A stretch of 64,000 bases of DNA, taken from positions 248,001-312,000 of the forward strand of contig NW_026515685.1 in assembly GCF_025526975.1 (NCBI RefSeq), read 5' to 3'. Under the pieces are notes generated by a model. That model ran no database searches and had not been told where the DNA came from. It saw only the letters and a list, made by a program, of their open reading frames with translations. This document shows, piece after piece, positions 1 to 10,905 of the stretch. Position numbers and translations under genes: made by a program. The stretch comes from Fimicolochytrium jonesii. Its lineage: Eukaryota. The first letter of the stretch is position 1; every line of letters starts with the position of its first letter.

Positions 1-1030
1 CTTTCTGTTTCGTAGGACATGCAAAGTTCCGCACGGTGTCCAATTTCGAGGGTGCGATGGCCATCGTATCCTCTCCCAGGACATGGCTGCAGAATTCAAG
101 CTCTTTCTGCATCCATTTGCACTTCGACGGCTTAACTTAAAGTTTGTGCTCGGCGAGAACAGCCAAAACGCTGTCCACATGAGCGATATGCTCCTCGGCC
201 GTTTCCGAGAAGATTAAGATATCATCCAGGTAAGATATGACATACACAACGCACATCTTCCCCAATATCTTATTGGTTAACCGTTGGAACGTTGCTGGCG
301 CATTCGTCAACCCAAATGGCATAACTTACTCAAAATGACCAAACCGTGTCCGAAACGCTGTTTTGTCCCTATCAGCCTTGCAAACCAAAAGGCGGTGATA
401 CGCATCTTTGATATCCAACAAAGACTTGCACTTCTTTTCACGTAACCGATCCCGCATCTCTGCAAGATTTGGTAACGGCGTACAATCTTTTATCGTTGCT
501 TTATTCAGTGTCGGGGATATCTCATCTTCACTTGTATTTCATATTCCATGTCTTTACTTCTACTTGATCCGAGACCCGGGCTGGCCACCCGAGCTCTCGG
601 TGATACATTACATAAGGCGCCAAGCCTCACTGAAGCCACGCAAGCCCCACTGGCAGCCCATATATAAGGCTGTCAGTCAAGCGGCCGCTGCGAAGAGCTT
701 CTTACTTTTTTCTTCACGACAATATACCGCTCTCAGCTCTCTCGGAAGGGCCCAATATCGTCTACGTTTCCTCTGACGTTACATTCAGCCCACGATAGTC
801 GATGCACATACGGAGACTGCCATCCTTTTTCTTAGCAAATAACACTGCCGCGCCCCACGGACTCTGCGAGTGCTGAATCCAACCGCGCTCGAGCATGAGG
901 GTAACCTTCTCATTTAGCTCTTTGAGTTTGGCTTCGCTCATATGTCGTAAGGGATTAAAGACTGGTTTCGTACCAGGCTCCAGCTCGATACAAAAGTTAT
1001 CCTCTCCCCTATCGGGCGGCAACTCTCGTG
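1..1030 (-). pseudogene. Reverse transcriptase part of pol, inactivated
   Basis: RT motifs are continuous once 509-783 plus one TSD copy is removed (DYRGLN|KATIKDCTPLPNL...LDIKDAYH). In-frame TAA before VMPFG (~326-328), a second TAA after HKL (137-139), and a frameshift near 1030 relative to the protease ORF. Confidence 0.88.
509..783. mobile_element. Solo LTR (275 bp) of a different element, inserted in the RT
   Basis: Starts TGT and ends ACA. Flanked by a 5-bp direct repeat TTCAG (504-508, 784-788). Internal TATATAA near 661. Removing it restores the RT frame. Confidence 0.88.
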
Positions 1031-2062
1031 CTCGACAAACAAACTATCCACGCACTTCTCCAACGTTGGATATAGAAGGTGATCCGATGGCACGCTTAAA
1101 TCAACCTTCTGGCCTGTAACTTCGCTCATTTGAACCTCTGGCTCTGGTTCGGCGCGATTGCGCTCATCTGCGGGGACATAAGCTGGTGACGCATTCACTG
1201 CAGCTTCTATGTCCATAGCGTACGCTATGTAACACTTCCCATACACCTTTTTTCGAGATAAGCGAGTGACCTTCTGATAAGTTACAACCCCTGCACTCGG
1301 GTCTTCTCGTTCAGGCATCGCCGCCTTGAATCGTTTAGACTTCTTTCTGGTGTCAAAGGACCGCAGATCGGCCGCATTACAGGACGACTGGGATTCCCAT
1401 TTCCTAGTTACTGGTCTGGCACCCAGGGTATGTTCAACTTCATTTGCACGGAATCGTAGAACAGGAATCTCATCCTCTATGTGCTCGAAACGATTATTGT
1501 CAAGCATATAGATCCATGGCAATCCGAGAATAACATCTACCCGCAGAGGAGCAACCACAAATGGAAGCTGTTCTCTGGAATAGTGTCGTCCATCTCCCCA
1601 CAACTGTAGATTGCCACAAAATACCTTGTTGGCGTTGAATGTATGGCCGTCGTCGCCCCAGGCGACATCAATGGGCATTTTAGGGTTATAGGTTTGGAAA
1701 GCATGTTTCGACACCCATCCCTGATGTACCATCAGTGTTGTACATCCCGTATCGATCAGAATACGACAAAACTTGCCATTCAACTTGCCATGAACTACAA
1801 ATGCACATCGTGCGATCAACGCATCGGGTTGAAATTGCAGTGCTTCAGGCCTAGTCTTCAAAACGGTTTCAGTGTCATCTGGCCGGCACAGACGCGCCCC
1901 CGCAGCAGACGTATTGCCACAATCAACCAGTATACCATCAGCGGACTCAGGGCGTATAGCCTCAAATTCCTCTTCGATGGACACCATTGCACAATGAGAC
2001 GAATAAACGGTGTCTTTATTAAACGTCTCTACTGAAAACCCTTTTTCTGACCAGCGTCCCAA
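938..2062 (-). CDS. Pol N-terminal part with retropepsin-type aspartic protease
   Basis: [10 protein letters not shown] active site and DVILGLPWI motif; lies in the -1 frame relative to gag. Confidence 0.85.
   Translation of the reverse strand: MGRWSEKGFSVETFNKDTVYSSHCAMVSIEEEFEAIRPESADGILVDCGNTSAAGARLCRPDDTETVLKTRPEALQFQPDALIARCAFVVHGKLNGKFCRILIDTGCTTLMVHQGWVSKHAFQTYNPKMPIDVAWGDDGHTFNANKVFCGNLQLWGDGRHYSREQLPFVVAPLRVDVILGLPWIYMLDNNRFEHIEDEIPVLRFRANEVEHTLGARPVTRKWESQSSCNAADLRSFDTRKKSKRFKAAMPEREDPSAGVVTYQKVTRLSRKKVYGKCYIAYAMDIEAAVNASPAYVPADERNRAEPEPEVQMSEVTGQKVDLSVPSDHLLYPTLEKCVDSLFVEHESCRPIGERITFVSSWSLVRNQSLIPYDI
1996..2041 (-). promoter_or_regulatory. -1 programmed ribosomal frameshift signal between gag and pol
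   Basis: Slippery heptamer G GGT TTT in the gag frame (2041-2035), a 5-nt spacer, then the stem-loop GAGACG(TTT)AATAAA-GACACCG-TTTATT CGTCTC (2029-1996). Confidence 0.8.
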
Positions 2063-3297
2063 CGCGGCTTATCCTTAGCCTCGTCGGACTTCTTATCCTT
2101 CTTCTTTTTAGGACAATCTTGCGCACGATGACCCATCTCGCCACAATCGAAACACTTCATGTTGGAGAAGTCAGGGCGTGCGTAAGGTTTAGCAGCTTCC
2201 GCCTTCTTAGCTTTCCCCCCCTTCTTGCCCGCAGTACCTGCGGCAGAAGAGACATTAGCACGTTTAGGCGCACTACTACCAGAAGCAACCGCTTTATCGT
2301 TCGCGTCGGTTCCCTTATTGGCGAGACAAGGTACAGCAAACGAACTAAGCGCACGATCCATCAAACGAATCAATGGAAATGCGAGCAAAGGGTGTTGGTC
2401 CCTATAATCGACCATCGTATGCAATAACGACTGGGCGATCTCATAGCCTACGGTATTGGTCTTATCACGAGTAAGACCACGAAGGAACAGGTTATTCAAA
2501 TCGTCAGGAGTGATAACCTCCAGGTTGCGCTGTGCCTCAGCAACGATACGTTTGAACTCCATCACATACGAATCCATCGACCTATGAAAGGACATTCGGT
2601 GCAGGGTATTGAGCGCGTTGGTTTTCGCTTTCGTAGGATAAAAGGCGAACTTGAAAGCCGTTTCAAAATCCTCCTTCCGCATGTCAAGCCTGCATGCGGT
2701 GTCGAACCAGGTACGTGCGTCGCCTTCAAGCGAGCTCGAGACCTTCTGCATGTACTTAAAGCGGTCAATCGGACGACCAAAAGTAACCATGAAGTCGGTA
2801 TGTTTCTGCAAAAACGTGTCGACAAAAGCGGCCTCACGCTGTTTGCCATTGAACGGATGCTGCGAGATCCATGTACCATAGTGTCTACGCTGCTCGATAT
2901 AGAATGGATCCACCAACCCATCCTGCAGCACATCACGGCGCATTGCGGAGTCACGCTCCAACGTAGCTCGCAAACGATCCTGTTGAGCCTGATGTTCCTC
3001 GGCATGTTGATCGCAAACTTCTGCTTGAGCGGCAGCCGCAGCAGCCTTCATTCGGGCATCAAGCTCCTTGACGGAGATCGTCAACATAGCCATAGCGGGC
3101 GGGTGAGCAGGAGGAGGTCCACCGACCTGGATGCCCTCCAATGGAGCAGGGCCCGTCGTTCGAGGAGGAAGGCGAACTTCAACACGAGGTTGGTCCACTG
3201 AAGTCTCCGGCTCCTCAACGATCTCAGTAATAACAGCCGTGCCTCCAGGAGTAGTTTCCTCACTCCCGGTAACTATACTACCCGTTGATGTACTCAT
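2029..3297 (-). CDS. Retrotransposon Gag
   Basis: 422-aa ORF with the capsid-like segment LEGDARTWF...YVMEFKRI...FLRGL and the zinc knuckle CFDCGEMGHRAQDC. Confidence 0.92.
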   Translation of the reverse strand: MSTSTGSIVTGSEETTPGGTAVITEIVEEPETSVDQPRVEVRLPPRTTGPAPLEGIQVGGPPPAHPPAMAMLTISVKELDARMKAAAAAAQAEVCDQHAEEHQAQQDRLRATLERDSAMRRDVLQDGLVDPFYIEQRRHYGTWISQHPFNGKQREAAFVDTFLQKHTDFMVTFGRPIDRFKYMQKVSSSLEGDARTWFDTACRLDMRKEDFETAFKFAFYPTKAKTNALNTLHRMSFHRSMDSYVMEFKRIVAEAQRNLEVITPDDLNNLFLRGLTRDKTNTVGYEIAQSLLHTMVDYRDQHPLLAFPLIRLMDRALSSFAVPCLANKGTDANDKAVASGSSAPKRANVSSAAGTAGKKGGKAKKAEAAKPYARPDFSNMKCFDCGEMGHRAQDCPKKKKDKKSDEAKDKPRWDAGQKKGFQ

Positions 3298-3314
3298 GAC
3301 AACCTTCTGGCCAG

Positions 3315-5646
3315 TGTAATCTCGTTTTCAGGTCAGATAACCTCAAACAGCGATGAATACGTCCAGAATGCGGACAGAAGTACTCCGTTGATGTTGCATA
3401 GCTCAGTACCTCGAGCAAATACACACAAACAACTACGTTTTCGAATCAGGTATATGCCTTATGCAATAACCAAAATTCGGGCATAGATTTTCCCTCTTTT
3501 TGAGCGAAAAATCCCCAAAATCCACCGTGTCCGATGTCGGCGGGTTTTGGCTGCGTTGATACTGAACCGAATCTGAAGCTATCAGTTTAAAGAGGCCTTT
3601 GAGAGGATTAAGAAGAACCCTAACGGCTAAGCTCTGTCCCAAAACTGAAAGACTTTTTCTATCCGCCCGTTTTCGCTTAAGTATCGAATTAACGACGAAG
3701 GCGTTGACAGATAACTAGTTTTGCAGTGATTCAAAAATCCCAAAACGTTCAGGTAAATTCAAGGTAATTCTCCAGATCAGGAAGAACCTTCTTGGGGGTC
3801 GTTTTGGTCAAAACTGTGATAGTTTTGCTATCCGGAGGTTATGGTGGCGACGATTTAGCGCGTTTTTCGATATCTCCGTATCCGTAGGTCGAATCGCTTT
3901 CAAACTTTCACAAGTTTTCAAGCTCAGTGTGCTCTACGAGGTTTCCGAGTTTGAAGGGGATCGAATTACTGGGGTAGATTTCCGATCCGCAAACGGGTTA
4001 CTAATTGGCTACTAGTGAACACGCGTTTATGTCGACTACGTGTCGACCGTTGAACGAGTACTCTCAAGGGGTTGATATACCGAAAGAGTAAGATGTGGAT
4101 GGCAAACTTCGAGTTACAGAGGTTTGTTTAACCATCCAGGTGCGAAAAGCGAGGTGGTTGCGACGTGTCGGTCGTTCCACTAGGTAAATAACCTAGAGGT
4201 CGGCGCTTTTCGACTATAGCGCACTAGGGGCTTCAGGAGTTGCGATGGACGTTGTCCTGGACGTCCTGAAGGCTATTTGAATCGTCTAGAAGTGTTGTAT
4301 TGACGTCCTGTGACGATTGGTACGTCCGCGATTTCCACTCCAAATGTTCTCCGAACCACTCCCGATGGTGTCCGAACCACTCTTCATGTCAACAGCTGGG
4401 TCGTCCTCTCTACCTTCAGCTGATTCACCGATTGAACTCAGAAGGCAAAGAAGTGCAGGGGTGACACGACCCTGAGCTCAAATGGAGCAAACAACAGCTT
4501 TCCCATGCATTATAAGGACCTCCTTGATTCCATTGGCTGAACATAAGGTTTTCAATGTGCTCTGTGTCTCCCCATAGCACATTGCTTTTACAAACATCGT
4601 GGGTCCTTTCTCACATCGGCCCCAAAGCTTCGGGACTCCCAGGGCTTCTAACAGACTGCTGGGATCGTGCAGGTAAATTCAAGGTAATTCTCCAGATCAG
4701 GAAGAACCTTCTCGGGGGTCGTTTTGGTCAAAACTGTGATAGTTTTGCTATCCGGAGGTTATGGTGGCGACGATTTAGCGCGTTTTTCGATATCTCCGTA
4801 TCCGAAGGTCGAATCGCTTTCAAACTTTCACAAGTTTTCAAGCTCAGTGTGCTCTACGAGGTTTCCGAGTTTGAAGGGGATCGAATTACTGGGGTAGATT
4901 TCCGATCCGCAAACGGGTTACTAATTGGCTACTAGTGAACACGCGTTTATGTCGACTACGTGTCGACCGTTGAACGAGTACTCTCAAGGGGTTGATATAC
5001 CGAAAGAGTAAGATGTGGATGGCAAACTTCGAGTTACAGAGGTTTGTTTAACCATCCAGGTGCGAAAAGCGAGGTGGTTGCGACGTGTCGGTCGTTCCAC
5101 TAGGTAAATAACCTAGAGGTCGGCGCTTTTCGACTATAGCGCACTAGGGGCTTCAGGAGTTGCGATGGACGTTGTCCTGGACGTCCTGAAGGCTATTTGA
5201 ATCGTCTAGAAGTGTTGTATTGACGTCCTGTGACGATTGGTACGTCCGCGATTTCCACTCCAAATGTTCTCCGAACCACTCCCGATGGTGTCCGAACCAC
5301 TCTTCATGTCAACAGCTGGGTCGTCCTCTCTACCTTCAGCTGATTCACCGATTGAACTCAGAAGGCAAAGAAGTGCAGTGGTGACACGACCCTGAGCTCA
5401 AATGGAGCAAACAACAGCTTTCCCATGCATTATAAGGACCTCCTTGATTCCATTGGCTGAACATAAGGTTTTCAATGTGCTCTGTGTCTCCCCATAGCAC
5501 ATTGCTTTTACAAACATCGTGGGTCCTTTCTCACATCGGCCCCAAAGCTTCGGGACTCCCAGGGCTTCTAACAGACTGCTGGGATCGTACAGTCTGCAAC
5601 AGGGATCGTAAATGGGATGACTTGTGAAGTGAACGAGGTTCGGACA
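3315..5646 (-). repeat. Probable 5' LTR (boundaries tentative)
   Basis: Non-coding stretch upstream of gag. On the minus strand it begins TGT (5646) and ends ATTACA (3315), followed by C-TGG (PBS-like) and the gag ATG 18 nt later. The 3' LTR lies outside the window, so the ends cannot be confirmed. Confidence 0.5.
3750..5589. repeat. Head-to-tail tandem duplication, 2 x 920 bp
   Basis: 3750-4669 and 4670-5589 align at a constant offset of 920, with about 3 internal substitutions seen (3793/4713, 3885/4805, 4459/5379). Confidence 0.97.
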
Positions 5647-5805
5647 TAGTTTACCTGCAGCTATCCTCGCTTGCTGTCCTCATCTCGGGAATGAAAACAC
5701 CCCCATGGAAAGAGACTGCAGGGCCCCCAAGACCCCTTGCTGTTTGGAAGTACTTGGGGTTCATTGGTTGGATTGGGCTTATATTGAGAACCAAGTTATG
5801 TGTAG

Positions 5806-6871
5806 GGGTTGAAGGTCGTTCGGACTTTGTATCGCCAAATGTGCGATACTTGTCCGACTCGCCAAACTCACGCGTCGTCAATAGTGCAAATTGGGCAGCA
5901 GCTCGCACATTTTGGCATTTCGAAATGTTTTACACCACCCTGGGCGTTTCCGAAGACAGCTTCCAGTTTTCGGGTCCATTTTGGGTTGAGCAGGCGAAAC
6001 CGGGGCGACAGTTCAACGGCGGAGGACGACAGCAATCTCCAACTCGCAACGCTTCTCAAATACCACCCTTGGCTGAAGGAAATAGATCTCCCAATATTCG
6101 CGAACCCGGTCGGTTGGTGTGCCGAAGGGGCAACTCTCGCTCTGAGTCTCAGCACATTACCTACCGAGGAGGACAAGGTCAGTCAGTCACACATTTGACC
6201 CGCCCAGCTTTTGTATTGATGGTCTTAATTTACAAATAAACGGCGAAGCCGGTCGAGATCTTATGCTGGGCATGGAGTTTTCAATCGTTCATCGAACCCA
6301 GAACCCTTGTGCCACCGGAACATCAGCCACCATGCACGACCTGCAAAGGTGTGATGGGCGGGATCAGTGCGCGACACCCTTGCACCTCCTTGTGGATCGA
6401 AGACAAGGGCAGTTTGACTCGCTTCCGAAGCTTATACCTTTGGGCAACATCGAGAATGCGATCAATCGCGGACTTGAACGACTGGGCTCAGAGCTGGTCG
6501 AGTTATCAAACCCCTTCACCAACGAGCACAGTCAGGGAGAACTGAGTCAGCTCCGAATGCGGGAGATGCGCCCGGCATTCAAAAATATCATCGCCATTTT
6601 TGGCGAGTATCAGCGAAAAGACCGACGTTATGTGCTGGCGCTGGATGCAAAGTATGGCCTGGTGCAGCTTCACCTTCCGACCGGCGCTTGTTCAGTTGTC
6701 TCCGCATCGGTTGAATTGGACGATATCGTGGACACTCTTGCATCACGAAGCGCAACGTACATCGGCACTACAAACACCGAAGCTTCGGTTGAAGAGAAAT
6801 GGGCATCAAAGATGGACAACACGGATATATTTGAAAGTGATATGTTTAGCGACGAGGTCGTCGATTTGTGA
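5806..6871 (+). other. Possible hypothetical or decayed gene fragment (possibly transposon-derived)
   Basis: Overlapping ORFs 5809-6198 and 6263-6871 with splice-like signals (TGTAG at 5801-5805, GTCAGT near 6178). Cys pairs (CDTC, CTTC) occur in different frames. No family recognised. Confidence 0.25.
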
Positions 6872-7448
6872 TGAATTTCGTCCTTTTGTGTCAAGCTTTT
6901 GGAGTACGTCTGGATTGTGGCCAGAACGAGCTGGTCTTTGTTGCACAGCTGATAGAGGTGCAGGTGGACAGTGTCTGCCTTGTAATGAACAAGACTCGGC
7001 GCCACTTTGTTAAGCCATTGCGGGGACGCCTCAAGTCAAGGTGTGCCTTGGCAGCTTGCCTGGCTGCAGCAAGCTGCGAATGGTAGGCATATTGGAGCAA
7101 GGGACAATGGCTTCAACCGACCTTATTGATTTGATGTAGGAGGGATTTGAGTGAGTGATTGATGCCTGTGACAAATTTGAGAGAGACTATCTACATGTGC
7201 GTGCTATGTATAATGCTGGTACTAATACAATATTTGAAGCTCCGATGGTCGTGTGGATTTGAGGATGTGTGCACCGTATCCAGGATATGTACGGAACACG
7301 TATGGTGACGATGATAGAGCACGCAACCGAGGAGTTCCAGCTCGAGGAAGCTCGATGACTGCGCGATGTGTGGATAGCAAATAGTTCGCTATAAAACTTG
7401 TTGTGAGTGTTACGTAGCCGGGTGCAATGTTGGGGTGATCGTGTCCCC

Positions 7449-10007
7449 TCAGAACTCCTCGGCAGGCCCATCCTCCATCTTCCTTCCCCACCTCTCGCGC
7501 TCCCTCCTCTCTCTCCGCGCCCGTTTCGCCCTCCACGCTCTCCTCACGGCGTCCCTGATTCGTTCCAAACTTTCCTCGACATTCGCGTTCGCCAGCCCAG
7601 CGAGTTGTGCTGTTTGCGAGGGTGTGAAGGTGAAATTATGGGTTGCGCACCATTCGGTGCGTTGCGGGTCGAGGGTCGCGGAGTAGGTTGGGTTGCGAAG
7701 AAGGGGGAGGTAGATCAGGGTGAAATCATGGGATAGTGGTGGTGGCGCGTGGGATTGGTCAGAAGGCGCTTGCCGGTGTGTTTCTGGCGACCGAGTGTTG
7801 ATATGCGCCGCGTCCTTAATGGTAGAAAAGATCCGACATCTGGCCTCCGCATCATCTGTCACCTCCTTCCCCTTTGCATCACCAGTCTCAGGCAGCGGTA
7901 ACGGGGGAAAGACAACCCCCCTCTCCTTCGCATACTTCTCCGCCTTCCTCAGCCAAGGGTCCACACCCACATCCATGCTCGCATCGACAGCTATGACGAG
8001 GTCGACCTGTCGTTCCTGACGGAGGAGGGGCGCGAACGGAATGTTGTTCTCGAAGCCGGCGTCCATGAGCGCTAATGTAGGAGCATTTAGGATGGCGAGG
8101 TCGTCGTCTGTGTCGTCGGGCTTCGTAGGGATGTCGCTGGTGAGAGAGTGGCTGTTGGAGTGCTTCATTAAGGATGGATTGCGAGACACGGATTCCGGCC
8201 GGCGGAGGTGGTATAACGGGTTCGGGAACGTCGCGGGGGAGATGGGGTGCACCTGCGAGATGTCCTCCAGTAGGGGCAGTATCCTTTGTTGCAATGTTTT
8301 GGGCAATACATCCTGGAACTCATTCCAAATCGCAGCCACGGACGCCGTGAACGCCGATCCAAAAGTTCCCAACAGCAGTCCCAGACTAATCTCAGGCAGC
8401 CGTTCGACACTCTCCCCTTTCTCGAACTGTCGTCCAAAGCTCCATGTGGGGACCCATGCGCTGAACAGGCGTTGTTGGCTCGGAAGCATTTTCTGAAATC
8501 CGACTTCGAACGGGGTGAATTCCCACCATTGGTATTTCGCTTCCTTTTTGCCAACCTCGTGGGAGACGGCGGTATAGATGGGGAGAGGCAGGTCTTCGTA
8601 GGTCATGGCCCAGCGTTGGTCGGAGAGTTTGCCGAAGTTTCGTTGCGGGCCGTGATGTATGTTCCCGGCTGCTCTGCTATCGTCGTTCGCGTAACGTTGC
8701 TGCTTCTGGTTCTCCTTACCGTTTTCCGAAATGGCGCGGGCCACCTGCGGCAGGAACACTCGTGCGGAGAGTAAAGTCCCGTAGAGATCGACAGTGGAGA
8801 AGCTCCTGTCCCCGAAATATTTCTGCGCCATCCCCATAAGCACCTGCGGTCCGTCCGGGCTGTTAATCGCATTGACGAGGTCGCGAACGCTGAGGTAGTT
8901 GTCGGACAACTGCTTCTGCAGACGATCGCGGAGAGCGTCCCAGTCGCGACCGACGGAGTACAGACTCGACATGGCCCATGTGGATCCGGACACGCCGGCG
9001 ATGTAGGTTGTCCCGCGGAGGAGGCCGACACGGTCGAAGGTTTCGAAGGTCGCGAGGGAGGCGATCATAGCGCGACAGCCGCCGCCGCTGGAGGCGATGC
9101 CGATGACAGGGACGTCGCGTGGGTCGACCTCTTCGTTGAGGAAGGCTGAGACGGCCCTGGCGACGCGTTCACGGCGTTCGGCGAGGAACTGTGTCTCGGC
9201 TTCAGTGAGGGCTTCCCCGACCCGCACTGTTGCGTCCCACTCTATTTCCGGGTAGGCGTCCTTATCCTTGATTGCATGCTGCAAGCTCTCGATGGTAGTT
9301 CCCTCGACTAGCTTCTCCAGAGAGTTCTGTACAACATCCGACCAAAGCGTCGCAACCTGGTCGGTGAACTCTGTCCCCGACGGTATCTTGTCCGACAGCA
9401 ACCGCAGTTTGGCCAGCGAGCCTGCTAGGTCATCGATCTGCTTGCCAATCTCAGTGGCGGATGGTACGCGGTCTGTGATGGATTTCTCGAACGTTTGGGT
9501 GGTATCGTTCAGGAGTTGGGCGGATTGTTCGGCGAGGTCCTGCACGGCGCGCACGGAGGACAGATTGAGGAACTTCTTGGAGAAATCTTCCAGGGCTGAG
9601 GCTGTCGATGGGTTGGTCAAGTCGATATCATCTGCTTTCGTTTCAGGCGGTGGCGGCGGCTGCGGGGAATTCTTTGGTGCATCTTTCGAAGCATGTTCCC
9701 TCGCCTGCTCGCTAAACCGTCGGACCTTCTCCTCCCAGGATCCACTTCCCTGCTCTGTGTTCAACGCTCTTGGCCTCTTCCAAGCAAGCATGGCCACCCC
9801 GCCAAACAAGGTCAGCAGCACTGCGTTCCGCCCATGCGCTCCCCTTGTGCCCGCCGCGTTGTTTCTCAAGAGGTTGTAGCATCGGCACTGCTGATATCGA
9901 TGCGTTCTCTTCGTCGTTGTGGCTGCAGCGTTCGAAATTCTTTGCGTTTCGATCCTTCCGCTGGCTTTGAGGGAGGGACGAAGCGCGGGGGCTGGCGCGC
10001 GGAGCAT
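7449..10007 (-). CDS. Lysophospholipase / cytosolic phospholipase A2-family (PLAc domain) protein
   Basis: SGGGCRAM oxyanion loop, GVSGSTW nucleophile, PLPIYTAV, WWEFTPFEVG and LMDAG catalytic Asp. First ATG at 10007 gives an Arg-rich N-terminus followed by a hydrophobic segment. No introns apparent. Confidence 0.92.
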   Translation of the reverse strand: MLRAPAPALRPSLKASGRIETQRISNAAATTTKRTHRYQQCRCYNLLRNNAAGTRGAHGRNAVLLTLFGGVAMLAWKRPRALNTEQGSGSWEEKVRRFSEQAREHASKDAPKNSPQPPPPPETKADDIDLTNPSTASALEDFSKKFLNLSSVRAVQDLAEQSAQLLNDTTQTFEKSITDRVPSATEIGKQIDDLAGSLAKLRLLSDKIPSGTEFTDQVATLWSDVVQNSLEKLVEGTTIESLQHAIKDKDAYPEIEWDATVRVGEALTEAETQFLAERRERVARAVSAFLNEEVDPRDVPVIGIASSGGGCRAMIASLATFETFDRVGLLRGTTYIAGVSGSTWAMSSLYSVGRDWDALRDRLQKQLSDNYLSVRDLVNAINSPDGPQVLMGMAQKYFGDRSFSTVDLYGTLLSARVFLPQVARAISENGKENQKQQRYANDDSRAAGNIHHGPQRNFGKLSDQRWAMTYEDLPLPIYTAVSHEVGKKEAKYQWWEFTPFEVGFQKMLPSQQRLFSAWVPTWSFGRQFEKGESVERLPEISLGLLLGTFGSAFTASVAAIWNEFQDVLPKTLQQRILPLLEDISQVHPISPATFPNPLYHLRRPESVSRNPSLMKHSNSHSLTSDIPTKPDDTDDDLAILNAPTLALMDAGFENNIPFAPLLRQERQVDLVIAVDASMDVGVDPWLRKAEKYAKERGVVFPPLPLPETGDAKGKEVTDDAEARCRIFSTIKDAAHINTRSPETHRQAPSDQSHAPPPLSHDFTLIYLPLLRNPTYSATLDPQRTEWCATHNFTFTPSQTAQLAGLANANVEESLERIRDAVRRAWRAKRARRERRERERWGRKMEDGPAEEF

Positions 10008-10905
10008 TCTTTGCGAAAGTTGAGCGCGGGTAGCAGTTGGGAAGGAGACGGTTCGGCCTTCGAGGCGCTTTCCTGCTGTATCTCCCCGGGCAGCGCTCCA
10101 AGCCTCAGTCGTCACGTAGTATTCCTGTAGCTATGCGTTTTTTCGCAGTTCGCTTGTCGTTGCTAGACACAACACTTGGAGGTCGCCTCTGGAGATCACT
10201 CTCCACTGCTTGCGTATGAGGATGTACCAGAGACGAGAAGAAGCACTTCGGAGAACCGGCAACGACCGTCTATACTATTGTATATGTGCCGCGACAGGGT
10301 TCGACGAGCTGTATGTGGGGCGATGATGCTGCGTTGGAGGCCTTGCTGTCAACGTGAGTTCGAAAGAAGTCGAAGGTTATGCCCGCAGGAGCGTGCGAGA
10401 GAAGGCACGACGTCACCTCTTTGCTCAGCACAGCATTTCGACGAACACGCGAGGTTTGAGCTTCGGAGTCTCCAGATCCCGACAAGTGCCACGGGGCACA
10501 GAGGATGGATAACTACATAAATATACAGTGAACATGAACCCAATCTCCATTGGAGAAGCAGCAGTGCCGATGGTGGGGTAGACGGGTCGAACGTAGAGGT
10601 TGTGTGGCACGCAAGGGTGAAGGAGTGGAGAGGACGGGTTCACCGTCTCCGCATGGTTCACTTACTGGATCCAGACCCAGATCCAAAGCAATGGACAGCA
10701 TTTGACGTTGAAGATGATTGTGTTCAGTTTGTGAGGCGCTAACCTTCAGGTTGCGGAAGACCTCCGTCTATGCCTACTCTACCTAGCACACGGCCCCACA
10801 GCGACACGTCTCATGCGTTCAAGCTCATCTTTGCTTGCACCTCGCAGACCATAGTGGTCCTGCTATCCAAATCCGCAACCTACCCTCCCATCTCCCGTCC
10901 CGACA

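Larger units (their letters stand above)
1..5646 (-). mobile_element. Ty3/Gypsy LTR retrotransposon, 5' portion (5' LTR, gag, protease, RT); decayed and truncated by the window edge
   Basis: Order LTR-gag-PR-RT on the minus strand. Gag has a CCHC knuckle, the protease has ILIDTG, and RT has [33 protein letters not shown] and YLDD. Candidate LTR start TGTCCG at 5646. Confidence 0.93.

Noticed and set aside
4555..4935. 126-aa ORF in the LTR region
   Set aside because: It spans the duplication junction, is antisense to the element and has no recognisable features.
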